Assembly: GCA_963760735.1 (NCBI GenBank)
Contig: CAVXEB010000004.1
Span: 1,592,329-1,656,328 of the forward strand
From: an uncultured Chloroflexia bacterium
GTDB lineage: Bacteria; Chloroflexota; Limnocylindria; Limnocylindrales; CSP1-4
Direction: 5' to 3'
Length of the DNA stretch: 64,000 nucleotides
In this document: positions 35,928-46,400 of the stretch, piece after piece
Position numbering within the stretch: the first letter of the stretch is position 1
Layout: each line of letters opens with the position of its first letter
Made by a program: the position numbers and the translations under genes
Notes under the pieces: model-generated
The model's input: only the letters and a program-made list of their open reading frames with translations
Database searches by the model: none
Told to the model about the DNA's origin: nothing

Positions 35928-36880
35928 GTCCGGGTGCCCGGCCGGAGCTCGCGCTGGAAGAAGGCCATGACCTTCTCGTGCATTTCGGGCGTCTCGCGGT
36001 GATCGACGCCCGCCTGCACGAACACCTCGAGGGCATCCCCTGCTCCCGCCACCTCGTACATCGGTCTGGTCACCGCGAGTGCGCGTTCGATGCTCGGCGG
36101 CGGGGTGAGCTCGTCGTCCTCGCCCAGGCAGATGAGCTGCGGCCGGGGCGCCACCATGCCTGCGATCTCCCCGGTCGAGGTGCGCCGGAGCATCCCCGGC
36201 ACGAGCAGGTAGATCCCGTGGTTGTCGTGGGCGCCGAGGTCGACGAGGGTCGCGTAGTCCGCGTAGCAGCAGAGGTGCGCGACCGCCCGGATCCTCGGAT
36301 CGAGCGCCGCATGCCAGTACGCAAGCGTGGAACCGAGCGAGATCCCGAACGCCCCGATGCGCTGCGGGTCGACATCGTCGCGGGACGAGAGATAGGTCAG
36401 GGCCGCGGCCTGTTCCGACACCATCTGACCGATCAGGGACGTGCCGTACCAGATGTGGGCCTTGGCAGCCGCGCTCTCCTCGACGTCGTCGCGATCGCCG
36501 AACGTCGGCATGTCCATGCAGATCGTGACGTAGCCCGCGCGGGCAAGCAGCGGCCCGAACGGACTCAGCAGGTAGGAACGTCCGTCCATCAGCTCGCTGG
36601 CGCCGATCTCATGGCGTCCACCATGCGAGTGCCCATAGAGGATGGCCGCTTGACGACCGATGGCCCCGGCGGGTCGGGTCAGGAAGGCGCGCACCCTGCC
36701 GACACCCTCGAGGTCGAGCTCCAGGCGCTCGAACGCGTAGCCGTCCCGGTCTGCCGCCTCGGCCGAGATGAGTCCGATCCCGGGCTCACGGAATGACAGG
36801 AGCGACGCGAGCTCGTCGCGAGAGATCGCCAATCCGGCTCCCTTGTGCTGCGCCCATCCCACGGGTCGCGATTGAACCAA
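35924..36880 (-). CDS. Alpha/beta hydrolase (dienelactone hydrolase / acetyl-esterase-like)
   Basis: GHSHGG and GISLGS nucleophile-elbow motifs are present. The ORF-track start is TTG 36880, with an alternative GTG at 36862. Confidence 0.7.
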   Translation of the reverse strand: MVQSRPVGWAQHKGAGLAISRDELASLLSFREPGIGLISAEAADRDGYAFERLELDLEGVGRVRAFLTRPAGAIGRQAAILYGHSHGGRHEIGASELMDGRSYLLSPFGPLLARAGYVTICMDMPTFGDRDDVEESAAAKAHIWYGTSLIGQMVSEQAAALTYLSSRDDVDPQRIGAFGISLGSTLAYWHAALDPRIRAVAHLCCYADYATLVDLGAHDNHGIYLLVPGMLRRTSTGEIAGMVAPRPQLICLGEDDELTPPPSIERALAVTRPMYEVAGAGDALEVFVQAGVDHRETPEMHEKVMAFFQRELRPGTRT

Positions 36881-36891
36881 CGATGAACCAC
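36868..36891 (-). promoter_or_regulatory. GGTTCA direct-repeat motif site 3 (GTGGTTCATCGTTGGTTCAATCGC, minus strand), overlapping the annotated start of the hydrolase gene
   Basis: Read directly from the sequence. Confidence 0.5.
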
Positions 36892-36926
36892 GGACGCAAC
36901 GGCTCGCGGGTCGCCACGTCTGATGT

Positions 36927-38123
36927 GTGATACATTACCAGCATGAGCCCCTCGTCGCCCACATGAGGATCGTCCGCCTGCAGCTCCATCCGGTGCGTGT
37001 CACCCGGGAGACGGGTGTCGCGAACGAGCACGTCATCGTCGAGATCGAGACGGACGGCGGGGTTCCCGGATGGGGCGAGATGAGCGACCTCTCGCACCTC
37101 CCGCTCTACCAGTTCGACCTGACGCAGCTGCAGTCCGCGCTGTCGGAGATCCTCGTCGGAGCGGATCCAAGGGCGCTGAACGACATCGAGCGTCGGATGA
37201 CGGGCTTCTATCCCGACGAAGGCCACATGTACAGCCGTTCCGGGCTGGTGCGCCAGGGCGTCGAGCTGGCGCTCTTCGACTGCCTCGGGCGCGCGGACGG
37301 CGTGCCGGTCCATCGCCTCCTGGGTGGAGCGCTGCGCGATCGGATCCCCGTCTGCTACCCGGTGTTCCGTCTCCGCACGACCGATCAGGCGCCGGCGGCG
37401 CTCGACCGTGTCGACGAGAAGCTTCGCCAGGGATTCGACGTCATCCGGTTCTACGCCGGCAGCGATCCTGCCGCCGACCTGGCGTTCATGATGGGCTTCG
37501 CCGACCGGTTCGCCGGCCGGGTCCGGATCAAGTCGCTCGACTTCTCCAACCTGCTCGGATGGCGCGACGCACTCCAGGCGACCGAGCGGCTGACCGGCGT
37601 CACGGACGTGATGCTGGTCGAGAGCGTCGCGCTCCGCGGCGACATCGAGGGCCTCGCGGAGTTCCGGCGCCGCAGCAGGCATCCGGTCTCCGAGCACGCG
37701 CACGGGCAGCGACACGCCTGGCAGCTCCTGCACCAGGGCGCGGTCGACATCCTGAACCTGTCGCCGTACGTCCTTGGCGGGATCCGCCCGACGATCCGAG
37801 CGGCGGCGATGGCGGACGCCGCCGGAGCCAGCGTCCTGCTCGGCACCACGCAGGAGCTCGGCCTGGGAACCGCGGCGGTCGCCCACGTCGGCGCGGTCTT
37901 GGCGGCCCTTCCATACCCGAGCGACAACGTCGGACCGCGTCTCTACACCGCGGATGTCGCGACACCGCCCGTCGAGTACGTCGATGGCCATCTGGTCGTG
38001 CCGACCGGTCCCGGACTCGGTCCCTCGGTCGATCCGTCCCTGCTCGAGAGCCTTCGGTCGAACGGGGACTGGGGCTTCGGGCTCGACCTGGCCGGCGCCG
38101 TCGATCGCACCTTGCCGTCATGA
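36927..38123 (+). CDS. Enolase-superfamily enzyme (mandelate racemase / muconate lactonizing enzyme family; likely sugar-acid dehydratase)
   Basis: The N-terminal capping domain and barrel are recognisable (VIVEIETDGGVPGWGE ... GFDVIRFYAG ...). Confidence 0.75.
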   Translation: MIHYQHEPLVAHMRIVRLQLHPVRVTRETGVANEHVIVEIETDGGVPGWGEMSDLSHLPLYQFDLTQLQSALSEILVGADPRALNDIERRMTGFYPDEGHMYSRSGLVRQGVELALFDCLGRADGVPVHRLLGGALRDRIPVCYPVFRLRTTDQAPAALDRVDEKLRQGFDVIRFYAGSDPAADLAFMMGFADRFAGRVRIKSLDFSNLLGWRDALQATERLTGVTDVMLVESVALRGDIEGLAEFRRRSRHPVSEHAHGQRHAWQLLHQGAVDILNLSPYVLGGIRPTIRAAAMADAAGASVLLGTTQELGLGTAAVAHVGAVLAALPYPSDNVGPRLYTADVATPPVEYVDGHLVVPTGPGLGPSVDPSLLESLRSNGDWGFGLDLAGAVDRTLPS

Positions 38124-38151
38124 AGCCTGTCTGCACGGGAGGAACGTGGAA

Positions 38152-39060
38152 ATGACCGTCCGAGACGAGCCGATGGTCGCAGTCGAGCCCTTCGAGATCG
38201 CCGACCCGGCGACGACGCTGACGCCGATGCAGGAGTACCTGTTCGACCTGAACGGCTACCTGGTCCTGAGGGGCGCCATCAGCTCCGATGACGTCGCCGC
38301 GATGAACGCCACCTACGACGCGATCGCCGCCGCCAACATCGATGGGATGGGCTGGTTCGGGCGTGTCGCAGTGAACAACGTCGGCCGTCAGGAGGGAATG
38401 ATCTTCGAGCAGCTCTACGAGGCGGGTCCCGTCTGGGAGAAGCTCGTCGACCACCCGGCCTGGTTCCACAAGGTCGCCCACTTCGTCGGGTCCGACGACC
38501 CGGAGAACTTCGACAACCATCACGGCCTGCTGTTCATCGACGAGTGCTTCGGCACGATCCGGCGGAAGGGCGGCGCGCAGCGGATGCATTCGGGCGGCCA
38601 CGTCGGCACCATCCGCACCCAGTACCGGTATCACGCCGGCAAGTTCCACTGCGGCCAGATCGTCATCCTGATGGCGTTGACCGACATCGGACCGGGCGAC
38701 GGCGCGACGATGGTCGTGCCCGGCAGTCACAAGTCGAACATCAAGCATCCGCAGACCGTGCCTCTCGAGATGCGCGGCGAGGACATCTCGATCGACGGCG
38801 TCGCCGGCGCGATCGAGTGCCACCTGAAGAAGGGCGATGCCCTGCTCTTTGTCGACGCGATCGCCCACGGCTCGGCCCGCCGCACGAACCCGGAAGGCGA
38901 GCGCCGCGTGGCGAGCTATCGCTACGGACCGAGCTGGGGCTTCTTCCGCTACCCATACCGGCCGAGCGAGGAGCTGCTCGCCCGTCTGACGCCGGAGCGT
39001 CGTCAGACGATCCAGCCACACGGCGAAGTCGTCGAACCGCCCGCGCCGCCACCGTTCTGA
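38152..39060 (+). CDS. Phytanoyl-CoA dioxygenase (PhyH)-family Fe(II)/2-oxoglutarate oxygenase
   Basis: GGGAGGAACG RBS. The HxD...H facial-triad context is MHSGGHVG ... TMVVPGSHK. Confidence 0.75.
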   Translation: MTVRDEPMVAVEPFEIADPATTLTPMQEYLFDLNGYLVLRGAISSDDVAAMNATYDAIAAANIDGMGWFGRVAVNNVGRQEGMIFEQLYEAGPVWEKLVDHPAWFHKVAHFVGSDDPENFDNHHGLLFIDECFGTIRRKGGAQRMHSGGHVGTIRTQYRYHAGKFHCGQIVILMALTDIGPGDGATMVVPGSHKSNIKHPQTVPLEMRGEDISIDGVAGAIECHLKKGDALLFVDAIAHGSARRTNPEGERRVASYRYGPSWGFFRYPYRPSEELLARLTPERRQTIQPHGEVVEPPAPPPF

Positions 39061-39095
39061 CGAGACGGGCGCCGTGGCGTCCGGGGTCGCGCCGA

Positions 39096-39890
39096 TCAGC
39101 CCGTCGCGTCGATGCTCTTGCCGCCGTCGATGGCGACGGTGGCGCCCGTGATCATCACGGCAACGTCCGAGCAGAGGAAGCGGATCAGCGCGGCGACCTC
39201 TCCGGGCTCGATCAGACGGCCCCACGCCGCCGCCAGCGGCGCCATCGCCAGGTAGGAGGCGAGGGCGGCCGCCGGGTCGGGGGCCTCAGTCAGGTTGCGA
39301 TCCATGATCCCGGTGTCGCCGACCGGACCCGGACAGACGGCATTGACCCGGATGCGGTCTGCAGCATGGGCCCGCGCCAGCGAACGGGTCAGCATCAGGA
39401 GACCCGCCTTGGACGTCGAGTAGGCCGGTTCGTCCGCTCGTGCGACGAGCCCGGCGTTGGAGGCGACGTTGACGATCACGCCGCCGCCCGTCGCACGCAG
39501 CCGCGGAATGGCCTGACGGGCGACCAGGAACGGGCCCTTGAGGTTCGTGTCGAGACAGGTGTCCCAGTCGATCTCCGAGAGGTCCTCGACGCGCCCGACC
39601 ATGTCGATGCCCGCGTTGTTGACGAGGATGTCGAGCCGGCCGCCGTTGTCGATCTCGACGAAGGCCTCCTCGACGGATCGGGCATCCGCGACATCCATCC
39701 GGACGACCCGGAGGTCGAGGCCCTGGGCGGAGGCCTCGGCGGCGACGTGCCGCCCCCGATCGAGGTCCCGGGAGGCGACGTAGACCGCCGCGCCGTCCGC
39801 CGCGAGCACCCGGGCGGTCGCCAGCCCGATGCCCGTTGCCCCTCCGGTGACGATCGCGACGCGGCCGGCGAGCTCCCGGTCCATGGTCAT
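39096..39890 (-). CDS. Short-chain dehydrogenase/reductase (SDR)
   Basis: TGGATGIG glycine motif and the NNAG ... YSTSKAG catalytic pattern. Confidence 0.85.
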   Translation of the reverse strand: MTMDRELAGRVAIVTGGATGIGLATARVLAADGAAVYVASRDLDRGRHVAAEASAQGLDLRVVRMDVADARSVEEAFVEIDNGGRLDILVNNAGIDMVGRVEDLSEIDWDTCLDTNLKGPFLVARQAIPRLRATGGGVIVNVASNAGLVARADEPAYSTSKAGLLMLTRSLARAHAADRIRVNAVCPGPVGDTGIMDRNLTEAPDPAAALASYLAMAPLAAAWGRLIEPGEVAALIRFLCSDVAVMITGATVAIDGGKSIDATG

Positions 39891-40771
39891 GACGCCACCG
39901 CCGGCCAGGATCGACGGTGCGCCGGCCAGACGAAGCCGGCGCCGGTCCCGGGGACCCAGACCGACGCGGACGGATGGTGCTTGCGCATCGCTCGGACGAA
40001 GGCGTCGGGTCGTCCGACGTTGCCCCGGATCGTGTCGAAGTGCATCGGGATCGCGAGGGCCACGCCGACATCGCGGGCGAGCCGCGCCGCCTCATCCGGT
40101 GACAGGTTGCCGACGATGCCGCGCCGTTCCCGCTCCGGATCGCGACCATTGATCGGGAGCAGGGCGATGTCCGGACGGAGCTCGGCCACGGCCCGGACCA
40201 GGATCTCGTCCGCCAGCGTGTCGCCAGCGTGGTAGAGGCGAACGCCGTCGAGCTCGACGACGTAGCCGACGAACCTTGGTGTTCCCTGCTCCTGATCGCC
40301 CAGGGAATATCCGTCCTCGATCGAGACGGCATGCCGAGCCGGCACCGCCGTCGCCCGAACGTGCCCGACATCGATCGGGCTGTCGATCCGGGCGCCGGAC
40401 ACCCGATCGGCCGGGATCCCCGCGCCGGTCACGAGGGGCACGAGCGGCGCCGGCACGACGAACCGGGCGGCCGGCGAGACGTCCGCGATGATCGTCCAGA
40501 TCGGCAGGTCGAGGTGGTCGCCGTGCTCGTGCGTCGCGAGGACAGCGGTGACGCCGACGAGGCCGCGCGGATCGACCATCGGCTCGACCAGCCTCTCGGG
40601 TCGTCTCGAGAGGAACGGGTCGATCAGGACGAGGTCGTCGCCGCTCCGGAGGGCGAAGCCCGCCTGGCCGAGCGCGACCAGCCCGACCGAGTCCCGCGGC
40701 GGACGCCATGCGGCCAGGTGCGAGGCGAACGCGACGGCCGACGTCACGCCCGCGCCGCCGTCGGATGCCAT
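39887..40771 (-). CDS. MBL-fold metallo-hydrolase (possible lactonase)
   Basis: ATHEHGDHLD is the HxHxDH metal motif. The start is set at ATG 40771 (MASDGG...). The upstream 150 codons of the ORF are R/P/S-rich and lack a motif. Confidence 0.65.
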   Translation of the reverse strand: MASDGGAGVTSAVAFASHLAAWRPPRDSVGLVALGQAGFALRSGDDLVLIDPFLSRRPERLVEPMVDPRGLVGVTAVLATHEHGDHLDLPIWTIIADVSPAARFVVPAPLVPLVTGAGIPADRVSGARIDSPIDVGHVRATAVPARHAVSIEDGYSLGDQEQGTPRFVGYVVELDGVRLYHAGDTLADEILVRAVAELRPDIALLPINGRDPERERRGIVGNLSPDEAARLARDVGVALAIPMHFDTIRGNVGRPDAFVRAMRKHHPSASVWVPGTGAGFVWPAHRRSWPAVAS

Positions 40772-40793
40772 CCGCCGGACCGGAACCCTCCGA

Positions 40794-41522
40794 TCACGAC
40801 GAGGCGATCGGGGGGGCCGCCGTCCGGCCGCCGGTCTCCTCGACGTGGCGACGGGTGTCGGCCAGGGCCTGCCGGAGGTGGGCCGCCATCGCGTCGCGTG
40901 CCGCACCGCCGTCCCGGGCGGAGATCGCGTCGACGACCCGCTGATGCTCACCGCGTCGGTGCGGCTGGCCCCGATACAGCCGCGGAAACACCGCGCGCGC
41001 AATGAGGACGTGCGTCCGGAGTCCCGCGTAGAGAGTGTCGAGTCGCTGGTTGTGAGCGGCCTGAACGATGGCGGCGTGCAGCTCGGCGTCGGTGGCAATC
41101 TCCTGGAGATACGTCTCCAGGTCGATGGCGCGGCCCGCTCGGCCGGCCGGTCCGGACTCGAGGCGCTCCGCGAGCTCCTGCACCCGCGCGAGCTCGTCGG
41201 GCGTCGCCCGGCCGGCGGCAAGTTCTGCAGCCTCGGGCTCGATCATCAGGCGGATCTCGTAGAGCTCCTCGATGTCCCGGATCGAGACCGGCGAGACGAC
41301 GGTCCCGCGACGTGGCGTCACCGTGACCAGGCCCTCGGCGGCCATCTGGTTCACGGCGTCCCGAACCGGGGTGATGCTGACGCCGAGCGCGGCCGCGATG
41401 TCCGGCGGGGAGATCCGCTCGCCGGGCTCGAGCTCGCGACGAAGGATCCGGCCGAGGAGCTGATCGTGGATCTGCTGCTGGAGCGATCGCAGCTCGAGGC
41501 CGCCGTCCGTGGGTGCGCCCAT
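40794..41522 (-). CDS. GntR-family regulator (FadR/FCD subfamily)
   Basis: N-terminal wHTH (ISPPDIAAALGVSITPVRDAVNQMAAEGLV) plus a helical C-terminal domain. Confidence 0.8.
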   Translation of the reverse strand: MGAPTDGGLELRSLQQQIHDQLLGRILRRELEPGERISPPDIAAALGVSITPVRDAVNQMAAEGLVTVTPRRGTVVSPVSIRDIEELYEIRLMIEPEAAELAAGRATPDELARVQELAERLESGPAGRAGRAIDLETYLQEIATDAELHAAIVQAAHNQRLDTLYAGLRTHVLIARAVFPRLYRGQPHRRGEHQRVVDAISARDGGAARDAMAAHLRQALADTRRHVEETGGRTAAPPIASS

Positions 41523-41569
41523 CGCCGGGAGTGTAGACGGCTGATGTACCAGACTTCTGGCATGCCGTC

Positions 41570-41590
41570 AGTGAACCAAAGGTGAACCGA
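41570..41590 (-). promoter_or_regulatory. GGTTCA direct-repeat motif site 4 (CGGTTCACCTTTGGTTCACTG, minus strand), about 50 nt upstream of the GntR start
   Basis: Read directly from the sequence. Confidence 0.55.
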
Positions 41591-41647
41591 ACGAGCAAGG
41601 ACCGTCGCGAGAGGTCGAGGAACTCCGTCGATCCCGCCCGGCCCGCC

Positions 41648-42442
41648 CTAGATGGCGACGCGCGGCGTCCCGACCCCTGCCGCGAGGGTCGTGGCGAAGC
41701 CGTAGCGGTCGCCACGGTTCAGCAAGCGAGCCGTCTCGAACGGCTCGTCGTACTGGTCGAACGTCATCTCGTCGAGCTCGAGCAGGGGATCGCCCGCGCG
41801 GACGGTCAGGAGCGACGCCTGGCGCTCGGTCGCCGGCACCGCGCGGACCACGACCTCTGCCCGGCTGGGGATGACCCCACCACGCTCGCGGACGGTGCCG
41901 TAGAGCGACCGATTGGCGAAGTCCACGCCCTTCAGCGCCGGAATGAGGCGCGGATGCAGGACCGAGCGGTCCAGCGAGATCGGGACGCCCTCGATGAACC
42001 GCACCCGCTCCAGCTCGAACACCTTCGACGACGCGACGATCCGCAGGTCCGACGCCTCGCCGGTCGTGGCGGTCCGCGATCGAGCGGCCAGGACGTTCGA
42101 GGTCACGACATAACCGTGCCGGGCCGCCCACTCGGTGAAGCTCGGGGGGCCTTCGATCCGCTCGGTCACCGCGGGCCCGACGACGACCCAGCCGCCCCGA
42201 CCCCGGGCCTGGATCAGGCCCTTGTCGGCCAGCGCGGAGAGGGCTCGCCGGAGCGTGTTCCGGGCAACCCCGAGCCGGGCCCCGAGCTCGCGCTCGGGGG
42301 CCAGGCGACTCCCCGGCAGAAGTCGTCCGGTGAGGATGTCGGCCTCGATCCGTCGGAGCACCTGGACGGACGGCAGGTCATCGCCGTGGACGTCGTGTCG
42401 CCCGGTCCCGAGGGGCTCGTCGGCGGCCTGAGGCAGGGTCAT
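41648..42442 (-). CDS. GntR-family regulator (HutC subfamily with UTRA effector domain)
   Basis: wHTH (LAPERELGARLGVARNTLRRALSALADKGLI) plus a UTRA-like C-terminal domain. Confidence 0.8.
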   Translation of the reverse strand: MTLPQAADEPLGTGRHDVHGDDLPSVQVLRRIEADILTGRLLPGSRLAPERELGARLGVARNTLRRALSALADKGLIQARGRGGWVVVGPAVTERIEGPPSFTEWAARHGYVVTSNVLAARSRTATTGEASDLRIVASSKVFELERVRFIEGVPISLDRSVLHPRLIPALKGVDFANRSLYGTVRERGGVIPSRAEVVVRAVPATERQASLLTVRAGDPLLELDEMTFDQYDEPFETARLLNRGDRYGFATTLAAGVGTPRVAI

Positions 42443-42546
42443 GGTTGGTACGCTCGTCCCTACTCCGAACTCGGCGGCACACGATCAGAGGAGATCGCAT
42501 TGTATGACCTGGGTCCGGCCGAACCGGGTCTCGTCGGGGTCCACGG

Positions 42547-43416
42547 GTGAAGGTCGACGTTGTCTGCGTTGGCGATCCGTTCCTCGACCTGATCTTCCGT
42601 GGGCTCCCGTCGTTTCCGGTTCCCGGCGAAGAGCTCCTTGCGACCAACCTCGTGGTCGTGCCGGGTGGCATGGCGAACGTCGCGTACGCCCTCGGTCGCC
42701 TCGAGCTGGCGGCCGTCGTGTGCGCGCCGATGGGGCAGGACCCGGCCGGACGCTTCCTCGCCGGCCTGATGGCCGACGCAGGCATCGCGTGGGTCGGGCG
42801 CTTCGCCGAGGCCACGCCGGTCACCGTCGCTCTGCCGGCGGACGGGGATCGGGCGCTCGTCAGCGTCATGCCCGACCCGACCGTTGACGCGGAGACCCTG
42901 GCCGGCATCACGACCCGAGCGATCGTCGTCGACCTGCCCTCGGCCGGTCAGTTGCCGGTCCTCGGATCGCAGCCACGGGTCTACGCGGTCGTCGGCGACC
43001 CGGAGGTGGCGGTGCTGATCGATCGGCTCCCGTCGAAGCTCGACCACATCCGCGCCCTGGTCCTCAACCAGCGGGAGGTCGTGCGGGTCACCGGTCGTGC
43101 CGACGTCCCGTCCGCGGCCCGCCACCTTGCCGATCTCGGCACGACGGTCGTCGTCACCCGCGGATCACAGGGGGCGATCGCCGTCGAGCCGGACGGGCGG
43201 ATCGTGGAGGTCGCGGCGCGCACCGTCGACGTTGCCGATCCGACCGGGGCCGGCGATCTGTTCGCGGCGGCCTATGTCTGGGCGGACCTCGCCGGTCACC
43301 AGCTCGAGGAGCGGCTCCACGACGCGACGACCTACGCGTCGCTGTCGCTAGAGCGAGCGACCGATCGCCAGAAGGGCATCACCCTCCGCGAGTTCAACGC
43401 CCTGCTGACCGGCTGA
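42547..43416 (+). CDS. PfkB-family carbohydrate kinase (ribokinase / 2-keto-3-deoxy-sugar-acid kinase-like)
   Basis: VVPGGMANVA and the C-terminal DPTGAGDLFAAAY anion-hole motif. Confidence 0.8.
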   Translation: MKVDVVCVGDPFLDLIFRGLPSFPVPGEELLATNLVVVPGGMANVAYALGRLELAAVVCAPMGQDPAGRFLAGLMADAGIAWVGRFAEATPVTVALPADGDRALVSVMPDPTVDAETLAGITTRAIVVDLPSAGQLPVLGSQPRVYAVVGDPEVAVLIDRLPSKLDHIRALVLNQREVVRVTGRADVPSAARHLADLGTTVVVTRGSQGAIAVEPDGRIVEVAARTVDVADPTGAGDLFAAAYVWADLAGHQLEERLHDATTYASLSLERATDRQKGITLREFNALLTG

Positions 43417-43426
43417 CGAGCGCCGA

Positions 43427-46400
43427 TCAGGGACCTTCCGTGGCGGCCAGGACGATCCGGCCACGCAGGGTCGTGCCGGTCGTGATCGGGAGTCCGGACC
43501 CGAGATACGCCGACCAGATCGGATGGTTGCCGTCGAGCGTTCGCACGCCGCCGTACCAGTCGAGCACGTGCAGCTCCGGCGATCCGTCGACCAGCTCGGC
43601 CCGGACGTGCTGGGCGCCGTCGGACACGATCGTGAGCGACCGCGCGCCGTCGGTCGCGCCGGCGGTGAGGATCCGCCGCTTCACGCTCCGGTAGTCGTTG
43701 CTGCCGGCCGGGGTCGCGTCCTGCTCCCAGGTCTCCGCCGGATGAAGCGTCGTGTTCGAGCCCGGCAACCCCGCCGCGTAGCCCGTCGTGCGTCCCACGT
43801 GGTCCGCCGGGTACAGGCTCCACTCCCCGATCCGTCGCCACGAGAGGTCGGTCAGCTCGCGCGGCGGACGAACCGTCAGCCCGGCCTCCTTGGCGTTGAA
43901 CGCCCGCGATCCCGTGTAGGTTGCCTCGTACTCGAACGCGACGGTCCGGCCCTCGATCCGGGCGGTGATCGTGCCCTCCCAGTCCCAGCCGGCGAGCGGT
44001 ACCCGGAGCTCGTGTGGCCCGATGACCGTGACGTGCCCGACATCCGTGCGGGGGCTCGGGACGGGGACATGGGGCATGTCCACGTCGAGAACGTGGAGCT
44101 CCGGCCACTCCCGAAGCCAGCGGCCTCCGTCACCCGAGACGATCGGCAGACCCGGCTGCGAGAGGTCGAGACGAAGCTCCACGGCTCGCTCGAGGACCGC
44201 AGCCTGGGGCGCTCGCGCCGCCCCTGGCCAGGCCCACTCCCAACCGTCGATCAGCCAGCCCTCGGGATGCCGGACCTCGACACGGACGGTCTCCGACCCG
44301 GGTGTCGGGCGGAGCGTGAGGTGCGCCGTCTCGCCGGGACCGGCGGTCAGCCGTTCCGGGTTACCGTCGATCGCGGCGCCGGTCACCGCCACCTCGAGCC
44401 CCGCGAACGAGCGGTGCGAGAAGCGGTTCACGAGGGCGATGTCGAGCCGGTCACCCGCGTCGGCGAAGTCGGCGGCGGCGACCTCGATCGGCGAGTACAT
44501 CTCGTGGACGTGCCACAGCTCCGGCCGTGCCCGGTTCCACCCATCGAACAGGCCCCAGTCGCCATCGCCTCGCCGAAAGACGCCGGGCTCGGCCGGGTAG
44601 TGGTCGCGCGTCCGGACGTAGTCGGAAGCCGGGAGGTGGGCCCATGGGCCCTCGCCGATCGTCAGGTCGAGCGGGATCGCGAACACCTCCCCGAACCCGC
44701 CCCAGATCATCCCGCCGATGACGCCGCGGTCCTGCAGCGCGGCCCGCATGAACGGCTGGTAGCCGGCGCCCCAGTAGTCGCGGATCCCCGGATCGATCGC
44801 GAGGCCGTAGCCCTCGCCGGGGCCCCGGAGGCACGGCGCGAGGACCGGCGCGTACTCGTCGAGGACCACCGGCTGGTCGTACGACCCGAGCCACGCCAGG
44901 TCCTCCTGCCAGGTGCGGTCCCAACCCGGGTAGTGATAGCTCCGGATGTCGGGTCGCTCGGCGGCCGCCTTGCCGACGAGCTCGTTCTCACCGCCCAGCT
45001 CGTTGAGGTCGAACGAGAAGATCGTCGGGCGGCGCGGGTCCATCGACCGGACCAGCGCGAGTTGTGCGTCGAAGCCGCTCCCCCACCGACTCTCGTTGCC
45101 GAGGTCCCAGACGATCACCGAGCAATGTCCCCTGTCCCGGGCGACGGTCTCGGCGGTGACCTCGAGGAGATACGGGATCAGCTGGGCGGCCTCGTTCGTC
45201 CGGGTCCAGTGGTGGTCGTCGAAGCCGCCCGAGAAGCAGATCGGCGGCTGCTCGAACACGAACATCCCGACCTCGTCGCACACCTCGAGGAGATACGGGC
45301 TCGGCGGATAGTGCGACGTCCGGATGACATTGACGTTGGCCCGGCGCAGGTTGATGACATCGGCACGCATGTCCTCGGCGGACAGCGCCCGGCCCTTGAG
45401 GATCCGGGAGTCGTGCCGATTGACGCCGCGGATCCGGATCGGCGCCCCGTTGACGAGCAGCTGATTGTCACGGGTCTCGACCCGCCGGAACCCGATCCGG
45501 CGGCGGTAGGTCTGGGCGGTCCCGTCGCCGGAGGCGACCACCGCCTGGAGGTCGTACAACGTGGGCTCTTCCGCGGACCACGGGCGGACAGGCAGCGGTC
45601 CCGACGCGAACGCCTCCCGGGTGCTCGCCGCGCCATCGATCGACCCTTGCCGGCTCGAGCGATGGACGACCTCGCCGCCGTCGTCCGTCACCGTCACATC
45701 GAGGTCGAACGTCTGCGCGTCCGGCCCGACGTTGATCAGGTCCACGCCGAGGTTCATCGATCCCGACGCCGGGTTCGGGTCCCAGTCCACATCGATGTCG
45801 AGCTGGCCGAGATGGAGCATCGGGGTCGAGAACAGGAAGACGTCGCGCCAGATCCCGAGCAGCGACATGTGGGCGTACCAGCTCATGTCGTCGAGGACGG
45901 CGTACGGCGTGTACTCGGTCAGGGTGATCGCCAGCTCGTTCACTCCCGGCCCGAGAAACGGCTTGAGATCCACATCGAAGGAGGTAGCCCCGCTTCCGTG
46001 GACGCCGGCGAGGGAGCCATTGAGGCGGACCTCGGCTCGGCCGTAGGCGCCGTCGCAGCGCAGGAAGACGGCGCGCCCCGACCAGGACTCGGGCAGGTCG
46101 AAGGTCCGATGGAACGTCGCGACCCCGTCCTCCGGCACGAGCCCGTCGTAGATGACGTGGCCGGGAACCCTGGTCGGCGCCCGGCCGCTCGCGGCGTCGT
46201 GACCGCGGAACGGCCCGCCGGCAAAGCCCCACTCCCCGGTGAGATCGAGGCGATCGGCCGCCGGCGGGAGCTCACGCAGCCCGCGTGCCAGGAGGCGGGT
46301 GTCCACCGTCATCGCGGTCGCGAGCGAGCCAGTGCCCGTGGAGATCGTCACCGCGCCGTGCCGAGCGAGCGGCAGGGCGTCGAGCACCGGGATCCGGAAC